Shown: positions 42,360-51,789 of the stretch, piece after piece
How positions within the stretch are numbered: the first letter of the stretch is position 1
How the letters are laid out: every line of letters begins with the position of its first letter
Program-made: the position numbers and the translations under genes
Assembly (NCBI GenBank): GCA_964539515.1
Contig: CAZIJO010000001.1
Coordinates: 33,172-97,171, forward strand
Source of the DNA: an uncultured Bifidobacterium sp.
Lineage (GTDB): Bacteria; Verrucomicrobiota; Verrucomicrobiia; Limisphaerales; JADLHS01
Direction: 5' to 3'
DNA: 64,000 nucleotides
The notes under the pieces: model-generated
Seen by the model: only the letters and a program-made list of their open reading frames with translations
The model's database searches: none
What the model was told of the DNA's origin: nothing

Positions 42360-43787
42360 ATGTTACGGAAAGGCCTGCCAACGTCGTCGCGGATTTCCCG
42401 CCGGGCTTTCCTTGGGCGCAGCGTGCTGACGGCGGCAGCGACGGTAACGACGCCGCTGGTTTGCATTTTCCCCCGTTCGGCGCCGGCCGCAGGAGCGGCC
42501 GTGGGGCCGATCGATCAACCATCGCTGGCGTTTCTCAAGGAACTGGCGGCCGCGACCATTGAATCCGCGCGCGTCCGGCCGAACCAATCGCGCGGCGGCA
42601 CGGGGCCAAACCGCACCGGGATTACATTGATCACCCCTGGAGGCAACTATCCTGCCCTCTGGACGCGCGACTTCGCCATGTCGCTGGATTGCGGGTTGAT
42701 CCCGGCGGCGGAGATCCAGCCGCAATTACGGTTGATCGCCCGATGCCAGAACGACGCCGAGGAGCGGCGTCTGCCCAGCGGCGCGATTATTCCGCCGTTC
42801 GCCATCGTGGATCATGTCAATCTGGCTGGTGGGGCGGTGTTTTATCCGGGCACGTACTCGGCTGGTGACGACCAGGGCGCGCCGCCCTGGGGACCGTTGC
42901 CGCCGATCGACGATCACTTTTATTTCATCCATATTGCCTATGCACTTTGGCGCGACACCGGCGATGCCAAATTCCTGGAGGAGCGGATTGGCGAATACCG
43001 ACTCCTCGACCGCCTGGCGCGTGCGTTTCATTCGCCGTCATCCGACCCGAAGACCGGCGCGGTGGTCACCAACAAAGAGCGGCGCGCCGTGGGTTTCGGT
43101 TTTCAGGATTCCGTCCAGCTGCTCGGGGCGATGTCATTCGCCACGCTGTCGCGTTATCGGGCGGCGAAGCAATTGGCCGAGTTGTGCCGGGTTCACCGGA
43201 GGGAGCTTGCGGCTGGCGAGTACACCCAAACCGCGCAGAGGATCGCCACTCACATTGTCCCCGTATTCGGCGATCCCGCCAAACGGGACGGCTGGTTGCT
43301 GGCGGCAACGGAGGTCGGCAAACAGCCGGATGTTTGGGCCACCCTCTTCGCCTTGCACTTGGGGGTGCTGCCCGCCGAAGCCGCCGATCGCGCCCGGAAA
43401 ACTGTGGCCGCGGCAGTCCGGGCTCCGGGCAATGTCATCGAGTATCAAGGCGCGGTTCGTCACGTGCCGTCCGATCGTTACTTCCGGCCGAACCAATGTT
43501 GGGAAGCCGGTGGCGGCACCGTGAATACTTATCAAAGCGGCGCGTTCTGGCACACCCCCACCGGGTGGCTGATCGAGGCACTCCAAGCGACCGACCCGGC
43601 ACTGGCCCGGGAGGTCTGTGATCGCTACCTCCGCCACTTGCGTGAGGGCGACTTCCGGAAGGGCGGTGGTCGCGGTGCGCCTTGGGAATGTTTCGGGCTC
43701 GAGATGGCCGCCGCTCAAAATCCCATCTACATGACTTCCGTCACGTTACCTCTGGCGATCCTGCAGGGGATGTCCGCCAAGCTTTGA
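42360..43787 (+). CDS. Tat-signal secreted protein, possibly an (alpha/alpha)6-type glycoside hydrolase (function uncertain)
   Basis: SRRAFLGRSVLTAAATVTT twin-arginine signal. YPALWTRDFAMSLD and FWHTPTGWLIEAL segments are reminiscent of six-hairpin GHs. Confidence 0.6.
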   Translation: MLRKGLPTSSRISRRAFLGRSVLTAAATVTTPLVCIFPRSAPAAGAAVGPIDQPSLAFLKELAAATIESARVRPNQSRGGTGPNRTGITLITPGGNYPALWTRDFAMSLDCGLIPAAEIQPQLRLIARCQNDAEERRLPSGAIIPPFAIVDHVNLAGGAVFYPGTYSAGDDQGAPPWGPLPPIDDHFYFIHIAYALWRDTGDAKFLEERIGEYRLLDRLARAFHSPSSDPKTGAVVTNKERRAVGFGFQDSVQLLGAMSFATLSRYRAAKQLAELCRVHRRELAAGEYTQTAQRIATHIVPVFGDPAKRDGWLLAATEVGKQPDVWATLFALHLGVLPAEAADRARKTVAAAVRAPGNVIEYQGAVRHVPSDRYFRPNQCWEAGGGTVNTYQSGAFWHTPTGWLIEALQATDPALAREVCDRYLRHLREGDFRKGGGRGAPWECFGLEMAAAQNPIYMTSVTLPLAILQGMSAKL

Positions 43788-43790
43788 TCC

Positions 43791-43811
43791 CTTCCGGGCC
43801 AAATCCGGAAG
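43791..43811 (+). terminator. Possible terminator hairpin (no U-tract)
   Basis: CTTCCGG-GCCAAAT-CCGGAAG is a perfect 7-bp stem located 4 nt after the stop at 43787. Confidence 0.3.
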
Positions 43812-44044
43812 CGCACTTCCCGGGGGTTATCATTTGGTTGGCCACCTCTTCGTTTTTGGAGCTTTTGCCCTTGCCAGTGCTATTTCGATAATCAAAATGG
43901 CGTAGCTCCATGGAAAGATCACGCAGCTCAGCCAGGACCGGACTGCGCCCGCACTCTGAGGTGCCGGCCGTGTGGCGACCGGCACTGCGGTCAGGCGGTT
44001 CGCGTCGATCATTGGTTTGCCGGTGCTGGCATCGATTTGTCGAG

Positions 44045-47000
44045 GTGCGCCGCCTGGGCGCGGTTGCTGCGGCCGTCCTGACGTTTTCCCAACTTGCGTG
44101 TGCCGCACCGGACTTCCTGCGCGAGGTTCGTCCGATCCTGGAACGGAGTTGTATCGCTTGTCACGGACCCGAGAAACAGAAGAGCGGTTACCGGCTTGAC
44201 GTCCGGGACATCGCGCTCCAAGGAGGCGAGAGCGGGAAGCCGGCGATTGTGCCGCATAATGCCAAGGCAAGCCCGCTAATCCGCCTGGTAAGTGGCGAGG
44301 ATCCGGACCTGGTCATGCCGCCGGAAAAGAGCAAGTCACCGCGACTGAGTGCCGCCGAGGTTCAAATACTCCGCGACTGGATTGATGCCGGGCCCGCCTG
44401 GCCGGAGGCCCTCGCGGGAGCGCCGGGCGATACGAAACCGCTTTGGTCGCTGACGCCCCTGGCAAAGCCCGCGGTGCCGAAAGGCGCGTCCAATCCGATC
44501 GACGGCTTCATCCGCGCGAAGTTGAAAGAGGCGAACCTCGCCCCATCGCCGGAGGCTGATCGCCGCACGCTCATCCGCCGCCTCAGCTACGACCTCACCG
44601 GATTGCCGCCGACACCCGAGGAGGCCGCGTTATTCAGCGCCGACGAAGACGAGCGCGGTTACGAGCAACTCGTCACGCGCCTGCTCGCTTCACCGCGTTA
44701 CGGCGAGCACTGGGCCCGGCACTGGCTCGATGTCGCCAACTACGCGGACACCCATGGCAACGACCACGACTATGTCCGTTCGAACGCGTGGCACTATCGG
44801 GATTACGTCATCCGCTCACTGAATGACGACAAACCCTACACGCGATTTGTGCAGGAGCAGGTGGCCGGCGACGCACTCTTTCCCGACGACGCCCAGGCCA
44901 CCGTCGCGCTGGGTTTCCTCGCGGCCGGACCATGGGATCACACTTTAATGGTCACGGTGCGGGAGGACACCGTGGATCATCGCTCGGCGCAAAACCTGGA
45001 TCGCGACAGCATGGTGAGCACCGCGGTGGGGACCTTTCAAAGCCTCACGGTTCACTGCGCACGCTGTCACGATCACAAATTCGACCCCATCTCGCAGCGC
45101 GAATACTACGCGCTCCAGGCGGTGTTTGCCGGGGTGGACCGGGCGAACCGGCCGTTCGACGAAGACCCCGGGACGCAGGCGGCACGGCGAAGATTGCTGG
45201 CCGAAAAGCGTGCCCTGGACTACCGCGAGCCAGCGCTGCTGGCTGCGCTTGAGACCCCGGCGGTCATCGCCAGGGTCGCGGCATGGGAGCAGGCGTGGGC
45301 GCGCCGGGAAGAGGCGTGGGCGCCGCTGGAGGTTGTGAGCATTGTTTCCATGGGCGGCGCGTCACTGACGCGGCAGACGGACGGCTCGTGGTTTGCGAGC
45401 GGTACCCGGCCCGAGCGCGATACTTACATGGTCACGGCGCATCGCCGGGCTGGAAAACTGAGCGCGGTGCGGCTGGAAGTGCTGCCCGATGACCGGCTGC
45501 CGAAAAATGGTCCCGGCCGGTGGGACAATGGCAATTTTCATCTCACCGAATTCAAGGCCTTCGCCGCGCCGGCAGGGGGGGCGGAGGGCGCCAAGCCGAT
45601 TGGGTTTGCGCGCGCCATCGCGGACTACGATGAAGGCCCGACCATTTCCGCTGCCCAGGCGATTGACGGAAAGAACGACACCCAGTGGGGGGTGCACCCG
45701 CGCTACGGTGAACCGCACGAGGCGGTCTTCGAGATCAAGGACCCGGTGGAGTTTCCGGAGGGAACGACCTTCACCTTTCTGCTCGAGAATCAAGGCGGCG
45801 CGCCGGGGCACGGTATTGGGCGTTTTCGTCTTTCTGCCAGCGATGCCGCGCCCGGTCCATCCGTTCTTGCGCCATTGCCGGTTGAACTGACGACGATTCT
45901 GCGTTTGCCGGCCGGGAATCGCACATCCGCCCAGCGTCAGGAGCTGGCCTTTGCGGTGCTCAAGCTGGAAAACCAGCGCGCCCTCGCCGCGCTCCCGGCG
46001 CCGCAATTTGTCTATGCCGTGACCCGGGATTTCCCGCCGGATGGCGAGAACTTCAAGCCCTCGCCCCAACCCCGCCCGATCCACCTGCTTGCCCGCGGCG
46101 AACTCAGCCGGCCCGGTGAACTGATTGGCCCCGGCACCCTCCGCTGCGTTCCGGGACTACCAGCCGAACTCGCGATTGCCGATGCCGCCGACGAAGCCGC
46201 CCGTCGGGCTGCGTTCGCGCGATGGCTGACCGACGAGCGCAATGTGCTCACCTGGCGCAGCATCGTGAACCGTGTCTGGGCCTGGCACTTTGGCCGCGGC
46301 CTCTGCGACACACCCAACGACTTCGGAAAAATGGGCGGCCCGCCCAGTCACCCGGAACTGCTCGACTGGCTCGCCGTCTGGTTTCGCGACGAGGCGAAGG
46401 GCTCGTTGAAGGCGCTGCACCGGCTGATCGTAACCAGTGAAACCTGGAAGCAGACAAGCCGTGCCCGCCACGGTGACGCCCGCGACAGCGACAATCGGCT
46501 GTTGTGGCGGCAGAATCGTCCGCGGCTGGCGGGCGAGCAGGTCCGGGACACACTGCTCGTCCTGGGCGGGAAACTTGATCTCACGATGGGCGGCCCTTCC
46601 GCGGTGCAATTTATTTCGCGCGGCGATGCCACCTTCATGTCCGGGGGCAATCCGGCGTTTCTCGACTACGAGCATTTTGACCCCGATGCGCCTGCGGCTC
46701 GCCGCCGGGCCATCTATCGTTTCCTGTTCCGCACCGTGCCGGACCCATTCATGGATGCGCTCGATTGTCCCGATGGCAGCACTTTTACGCCGGTGCGCAG
46801 CGTGTCCACGACGGCCCAACAAGCGTTTGCAATGCTCAACGACCCCTTCCTCATCCGGCAGTGCGAGCACATCGCCGGACGCATCGCCGCCCAAGGGGGT
46901 GCGCCGGCGGCACAGGCGGAGGCGGCTTTCCAACTCATCCTTTTGCGCGGAGCGCGGGATCCGGAACGCGCCAAATTCACTGCCTACATTGAAAACCACG

Positions 47001-47059
47001 GGCTCGCGAACGCCTGCCAATTGCTTGTCAACACCAGCGAATTTCTATATGTGGATTAA
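44045..47059 (+). CDS. PSCyt1 + DUF1549 + DUF1553 (planctomycete cytochrome-c-domain) protein, copy 1
   Basis: CIACHGPEKQKSGYRLDVR (heme-type CxxCH). RRLSYDLTGLPPTPEE...ASPRYGEHWARHWLDV (DUF1549). CARCHDHKFDPISQREYYALQAVFAG (DUF1553). GTG 44045 gives a signal peptide matching the paralog; the track start ATG 43910 would add an Arg-rich leader. Confidence 0.85.
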   Translation: MRRLGAVAAAVLTFSQLACAAPDFLREVRPILERSCIACHGPEKQKSGYRLDVRDIALQGGESGKPAIVPHNAKASPLIRLVSGEDPDLVMPPEKSKSPRLSAAEVQILRDWIDAGPAWPEALAGAPGDTKPLWSLTPLAKPAVPKGASNPIDGFIRAKLKEANLAPSPEADRRTLIRRLSYDLTGLPPTPEEAALFSADEDERGYEQLVTRLLASPRYGEHWARHWLDVANYADTHGNDHDYVRSNAWHYRDYVIRSLNDDKPYTRFVQEQVAGDALFPDDAQATVALGFLAAGPWDHTLMVTVREDTVDHRSAQNLDRDSMVSTAVGTFQSLTVHCARCHDHKFDPISQREYYALQAVFAGVDRANRPFDEDPGTQAARRRLLAEKRALDYREPALLAALETPAVIARVAAWEQAWARREEAWAPLEVVSIVSMGGASLTRQTDGSWFASGTRPERDTYMVTAHRRAGKLSAVRLEVLPDDRLPKNGPGRWDNGNFHLTEFKAFAAPAGGAEGAKPIGFARAIADYDEGPTISAAQAIDGKNDTQWGVHPRYGEPHEAVFEIKDPVEFPEGTTFTFLLENQGGAPGHGIGRFRLSASDAAPGPSVLAPLPVELTTILRLPAGNRTSAQRQELAFAVLKLENQRALAALPAPQFVYAVTRDFPPDGENFKPSPQPRPIHLLARGELSRPGELIGPGTLRCVPGLPAELAIADAADEAARRAAFARWLTDERNVLTWRSIVNRVWAWHFGRGLCDTPNDFGKMGGPPSHPELLDWLAVWFRDEAKGSLKALHRLIVTSETWKQTSRARHGDARDSDNRLLWRQNRPRLAGEQVRDTLLVLGGKLDLTMGGPSAVQFISRGDATFMSGGNPAFLDYEHFDPDAPAARRRAIYRFLFRTVPDPFMDALDCPDGSTFTPVRSVSTTAQQAFAMLNDPFLIRQCEHIAGRIAAQGGAPAAQAEAAFQLILLRGARDPERAKFTAYIENHGLANACQLLVNTSEFLYVD

Positions 47060-47422
47060 GACGGCAGAAACATCTTGCGCAGGAAAATGGAAAGAAAACC
47101 GATGGCGATTGGGCTGCGCCTTCGAATTCTCTCCGCTGCCGTCCGTTTCGTTATTTTTCAGCGCCCGAGGTTTCGGCCAAGCAGCGTTCAAACTCACGAC
47201 TTTTTCCGAGCCGCCGGCTACGTTCGCCGACCATTGCCAAAGGCTGCTGCGCCATCTCCCGCTCAGCGCAATCCAGTGGGTCAACATCGCCAATCAACGG
47301 GTGACTTTCACGACCCTCCAGAAGACGGGAACCGGGGCCAAGAGATTTGGTGCGGAAGAATTCCCGGAAGAACTGCCACCCGATCCGGAACCAGAACCTT
47401 TATCGCCATCCATTTTTCTGCC

Positions 47423-48835
47423 ATGAATATTTCTGCCCTCCAGACTCGTCGCGATTTTCTCGGCACGCTCAGCGCCGGCCTGGGTGGTATTGCCCTGACC
47501 TCGCTCATGCGGGGCGAGGCGTTCGCCGCCCTGCCGCCGCATCACGCGCCGAAGGCCAAGCGCGTCATCCAACTGTTCATGAACGGCGGGGCAAGCCAGT
47601 GCGACCTGTTCGACTACAAACCGCAGCTCATCGCGCGGCACGGTCAGAAGTTCGATCCTGGCGCCGGCCAGCGCGTCGAGGCCACCGTCAGCGTCCCGGG
47701 CGCCTTGATGAAGTGCCCGTTTGAGTGGGCGCAGCACGGGCAGTCCGGCCGCTGGGTGAGCAGCGCGTTGCCGCATCTCGCCCGGCACGTGGACGACATG
47801 GCCTTCCTCATGGCCATGCAATCGAAATCCAACGTTCATGGTCCAGCGGCGTATCTCCAAACCAGCGGTTTCCTGCTGCCGGGCTTTCCCTGTGCGGGGG
47901 CATGGATTTCCTATGCGCTGGGCAGTCTGGCCGACAATGTGCCGGCCTTCGTCGCGTTGCCTGATGCCCGCGGACTGCCTTACAACGGCCGCAGTGCGTT
48001 CACGTCGGGTTTCCTGCCGGCGAACCACCAGGGCACCATCATCAACCCCTCCGCCCCCCAGCCGATGACCCATCTGCAGCCGCCGGCGGGCGCGCCGCAC
48101 ATCACGCCGGCCAGCCGGGACGCCGGTCTCGCGCTGCTGGGCGAACTGAACGCCGCGCACGCCGCGGAGCGCCCGGACGATTCCCGGCTCACGGCGCGCA
48201 TCCAGAGTTACGAACTCGCCGCCCGGCTGCAACTTTCCGCGCCCGAATTGCTGAACCTGGCAAGCGAGACGGAAGCGACAAAAAAGCTTTATGGGATCGA
48301 CCAATCGGAAACCGCCGATTTCGGAAAACGCTGCCTGCTGGCGCGGCGCATGGTGGAGCGCGGGGTGCGTTTTGTGCAGGTGTGGAGCGGTCAGGGCGGG
48401 GGCGCGGACAATTGGGACAACCATGGCGATATCCCGAAGGAACTCACGGCGGCCGCCCGCAAAATGGACCTTCCGGCTGCCGGGTTGCTCGTGGACTTGA
48501 AGACGCGGGGACTGCTCGACGACACCCTGCTCGTGTGGACGACCGAGTTTGGCCGGATGCCGTTCACCCAGGGCAACACGCTCGGCCGCGATCACAACGG
48601 CGGCACGTTTGTCTCCTGGTTCGCCGGGGCCGGCATCAAGCCGGGAGTGGCTTTCGGCGAAAGCGATGAGTGGTCGTGGAAAGCAATTCAGGGCGTGACG
48701 ACCAGCTACGATTTTCACGCCACGATTCTTCACCTGCTCGGTATCGACCACGAGAAGCTCACTTTCCGCCATAGCGGCATCGATCGCCGGCTGACGGATG
48801 TGCGTGGCCACGTGATCAAGGAAATCCTCGCTTGA
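47423..48835 (+). CDS. DUF1501 (sulfatase-fold) protein with Tat signal, copy 1
   Basis: MNISALQTRRDFLGTLSAGLGGIALTSL. FMNGGASQCDLFDYKP. WDNHGDI. RDHNGGTF. Confidence 0.9.
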   Translation: MNISALQTRRDFLGTLSAGLGGIALTSLMRGEAFAALPPHHAPKAKRVIQLFMNGGASQCDLFDYKPQLIARHGQKFDPGAGQRVEATVSVPGALMKCPFEWAQHGQSGRWVSSALPHLARHVDDMAFLMAMQSKSNVHGPAAYLQTSGFLLPGFPCAGAWISYALGSLADNVPAFVALPDARGLPYNGRSAFTSGFLPANHQGTIINPSAPQPMTHLQPPAGAPHITPASRDAGLALLGELNAAHAAERPDDSRLTARIQSYELAARLQLSAPELLNLASETEATKKLYGIDQSETADFGKRCLLARRMVERGVRFVQVWSGQGGGADNWDNHGDIPKELTAAARKMDLPAAGLLVDLKTRGLLDDTLLVWTTEFGRMPFTQGNTLGRDHNGGTFVSWFAGAGIKPGVAFGESDEWSWKAIQGVTTSYDFHATILHLLGIDHEKLTFRHSGIDRRLTDVRGHVIKEILA

Positions 48836-51789
48836 AGCCGATTGGCCTGGCCATTTGGGCAGCGGCCCTTGCCCCCGTCGCGGGGTGGGCGACGCCGGAC
48901 TTCGTCAAGGAGGTCCGCCCAATCCTGGAGCGAAGTTGTTTTGGTTGTCACGGGCCGGAGAAGCAGAAGAACGGCTACCGCCTTGATGTCCGCGACATTG
49001 CCCTCAAAGGCGGGGACAGCGGCAACCCTGCCATCATTCCGCACAATGCGAAGGCGAGTCCGCTGATTCGTTTCGTCAGCGGCGAGGACGAAGAAATGGT
49101 CATGCCACCCAAAACGAGCCCGGCCCCACGATTGAGCGCGGCCGAGGTGCAGATGTTGCGGGAATGGATCGATGCCGGCCCCGCCTGGCCGGATGCCCTG
49201 GCTGGCGCGACGGCGGATGGCGCTCCGCACTGGTCGCTGGCGCCTTTGGTGAAGCCTGCTTTGCCGGCCGCGAAGGGAAACCCGATTGACGCCTTCATCC
49301 GCGCCCGGCTGAAGGAGAAAAACCTTGCACCTTCCGCCGAAGCGGACCGGCGCACGCTCATTCGGCGCGTCAGTTACGACCTCACCGGTTTGCCGCCCAC
49401 GCCCGAGGAGGTGGCGGCGTTTGTGGCGGACCCGGACCGGCAAGCGTACGAGAAACTTGTTGCCCGCCTGCTCGCGTCACCGCGTTATGGCGAGCGCTGG
49501 GCGCGGCACTGGCTCGACACGATTCACTTTGCGGACTCGCACGGTTACGAGCACGACCTCGGCCGGGACAACGCGTGGCGTTTCCGCGATTATGTGATTG
49601 AGGCCTTCAACCAGGACACCCCGTGGCCCCGTTTCATCCGCGAGCAGCTCGCCGCCGATGTTTTCTATCCCGACGCTCCCCGGCTCACGGCGGCGCTCGG
49701 TTATCTCGGGGCCGGCACGTTTGATCTGAGTACCTTCACCACGGGGCCGGTCACCTTCGATTATCTCGATCGCGATGACATGGTCACGCAGACGATGGCG
49801 AGCTTCGTCAGCACCACCGCAAACTGCGCGCGTTGTCATGCGCACAAGTTCGATCCCATCTCGCAGGAGGATTACTACGCATTGCAGGCGGTCTTTGCCG
49901 GCGTGCTGAAGGGGGACGTGGCTTACGATGAAGATCCCGCGGTGGCGAATGAGCGTCGCCGCTGGAAGAGCCTGCTGACCGCCGCGGACAAGAAGGACCC
50001 CGCGGTTCTTCTCGCCGCGGAACACGAGCCGCTGGTGAGTGCCTGGCTGGCGAAGCAGGGCCGGGGCGTGAACTGGCAACCGCTGGCGGTCGAAACGTTT
50101 CTTGCCACCGATGGGTCGACGTTGACCCGCATGACCAATGGCGGCTTCCTTGCGGGCGGCTCGCGGCCGGACAAGGACACCTATACCCTCACCGCCACCA
50201 CGGCGCTTTCGAACCTGACCGCACTGCGATTGGACGTGCTCGCCCACGAATCGTTGCCGATGCGCGGTCCCGGGCGGAACGAAAACGGCAACCTGCATCT
50301 CTCCGAGATCGAGCTGCGCGTTTTTGAGAGTGGGGCCACCAATTCGCAGCCGGTGAAGTTCCGGCGCGCCACGGCGGACTTCAACCAGAAGGACTGGGGG
50401 ATCGAGCGCGCGCTCGACGGTGACATCAAGACGGCCTGGGGCATTCACCCCGCGGTGGGACAATCGCATCATGCGGTTTTCGAACTCGCGGACCCTCTCG
50501 CGCCCAAAGCCGGCGACCGACTCGCCGTCATTCTCAAGCAAGCGCACGGGGGCGGCCATCTGATCGGCGCTTTCAGCCTTGCGGCGACCGCCGACAACGC
50601 TACTAATGCCGCGGCCCGTCCCCTGGAAGTCGACGCCGCCCTTGCGCTGACGCCGGCCGAGCGCACCGAGTCGCATCGGGTCGCGCTGGCGGCGTACGCC
50701 CTGCGCCTCGCCGCGAATGAAGCCCTCGCCAGGCTGCCGCCGCCCGCCGTGGTTTATGCGGCCGCCGCATCGGTTAAGATCGTCGGCGGTGAAACGCGCT
50801 CCGTGTCCGAACCCAAAGTGGTCAACGTTTTGCAGCGCGGTGAATTCGACAAACCGCGTTCCGTGGTCGAGCCCGGGGCGCTCTCGGCGCTGACGCAACT
50901 GCCGGCGCGTTTTGCGCCGAAGAATCCAAAGGACGAGGGCGAGCGGCGCGCGGCGCTGGCCGACTGGCTGGCGCACCCGGACAACGTGCTGACCTGGCGC
51001 AGCATTGTGAATCGTGTCTGGCATTACCATTTTGGCCGCGGCCTCTGCGATACGCCCAGCGACTTTGGCAAAATGGGGGGCACACCGTCGCATCCGGAAC
51101 TCATCGACTGGCTGGCGGTGTGGTTCCGCGATGAGGCGAAGGGTTCGCTCAAGGAGCTGCACCGGCTGATCGTCACCAGCGCCACGTACCGGCAATCCGC
51201 CCAGCAACGGGAAGCCCCCGCGAACGTCGATGGCGAAAACCGACTGCTCTGGCGACAGAACCGCCACCGTCTCGAGGCGGACACTTTCCGGGACTTCACC
51301 CTGGCTGCTTCGGGCGCGCTCGATCTGAAGATGGGGGGGGCGGCAATCAAACACTTCAAAGAAGGGCCGGGGCCGCAGCTCACGCCGGCGCTCGATTATG
51401 CCGTTTACGACTGGTCGCGACCGGAAGCCGCGCGCCGCAGCATTTACCGTTATGTCTGGCGCGGCATTGCCGACCCGTTCATGGAAGCGCTCGATTTTCC
51501 GGATCTCGGTTTGCTCTCGCCGGTGCGGGGATTCTCCGCGTCCTCGCTGCAAGCGCTCGTGCTTTACAACAATGACTTCGTCCTGCACCAGAGTGCGGTT
51601 CTGGCGAAGCGGGTTGAAACGGAAGCCAACACGCTGGAGTCGCAGGTCAACCGCGCCGGGCAACTGGTCTGGCTGCGGGAGTTGACGGCCGCGGAACAGC
51701 ACGAGTTCACCGGTTTTGCCCAAACCCACGGTTTGCCGGCGCTGTGCCGGCTGCTTTTCAACAGCAACGAATTCCTTTTTGTCGAATGA
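48832..51789 (+). CDS. PSCyt1 + DUF1549 + DUF1553 protein, copy 2
   Basis: TTG 48832 overlaps the preceding TGA. Signal MKPIGLAIWAAALAPVAGWA. CFGCHGPEKQKNGYRLDVR, ASPRYGERWARHWLDT, CARCHAHKFDPISQEDYYALQAVFAG. Confidence 0.9.
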   Translation: MKPIGLAIWAAALAPVAGWATPDFVKEVRPILERSCFGCHGPEKQKNGYRLDVRDIALKGGDSGNPAIIPHNAKASPLIRFVSGEDEEMVMPPKTSPAPRLSAAEVQMLREWIDAGPAWPDALAGATADGAPHWSLAPLVKPALPAAKGNPIDAFIRARLKEKNLAPSAEADRRTLIRRVSYDLTGLPPTPEEVAAFVADPDRQAYEKLVARLLASPRYGERWARHWLDTIHFADSHGYEHDLGRDNAWRFRDYVIEAFNQDTPWPRFIREQLAADVFYPDAPRLTAALGYLGAGTFDLSTFTTGPVTFDYLDRDDMVTQTMASFVSTTANCARCHAHKFDPISQEDYYALQAVFAGVLKGDVAYDEDPAVANERRRWKSLLTAADKKDPAVLLAAEHEPLVSAWLAKQGRGVNWQPLAVETFLATDGSTLTRMTNGGFLAGGSRPDKDTYTLTATTALSNLTALRLDVLAHESLPMRGPGRNENGNLHLSEIELRVFESGATNSQPVKFRRATADFNQKDWGIERALDGDIKTAWGIHPAVGQSHHAVFELADPLAPKAGDRLAVILKQAHGGGHLIGAFSLAATADNATNAAARPLEVDAALALTPAERTESHRVALAAYALRLAANEALARLPPPAVVYAAAASVKIVGGETRSVSEPKVVNVLQRGEFDKPRSVVEPGALSALTQLPARFAPKNPKDEGERRAALADWLAHPDNVLTWRSIVNRVWHYHFGRGLCDTPSDFGKMGGTPSHPELIDWLAVWFRDEAKGSLKELHRLIVTSATYRQSAQQREAPANVDGENRLLWRQNRHRLEADTFRDFTLAASGALDLKMGGAAIKHFKEGPGPQLTPALDYAVYDWSRPEAARRSIYRYVWRGIADPFMEALDFPDLGLLSPVRGFSASSLQALVLYNNDFVLHQSAVLAKRVETEANTLESQVNRAGQLVWLRELTAAEQHEFTGFAQTHGLPALCRLLFNSNEFLFVE

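Noticed and set aside
43910-44044. ATG-43910 start of the first DUF1549/1553 gene.
   Set aside because: It adds 45 Arg/Ser-rich residues before the signal peptide. The paralog starts directly with its signal peptide, and GTG 44045 reproduces that architecture. The call remains uncertain.
49477-51729. 750-aa antisense ORF. Similar cases are 47294-48811, 51564-53234, 56770-58614, 61319-62686, 37646-39043 and 25352-26338 on the minus strand.
   Set aside because: All lie opposite strongly supported + strand genes (DUF1553, DUF1501, GH, RHS). They have Arg/Pro/Gly-dominated composition and no recognisable motifs.
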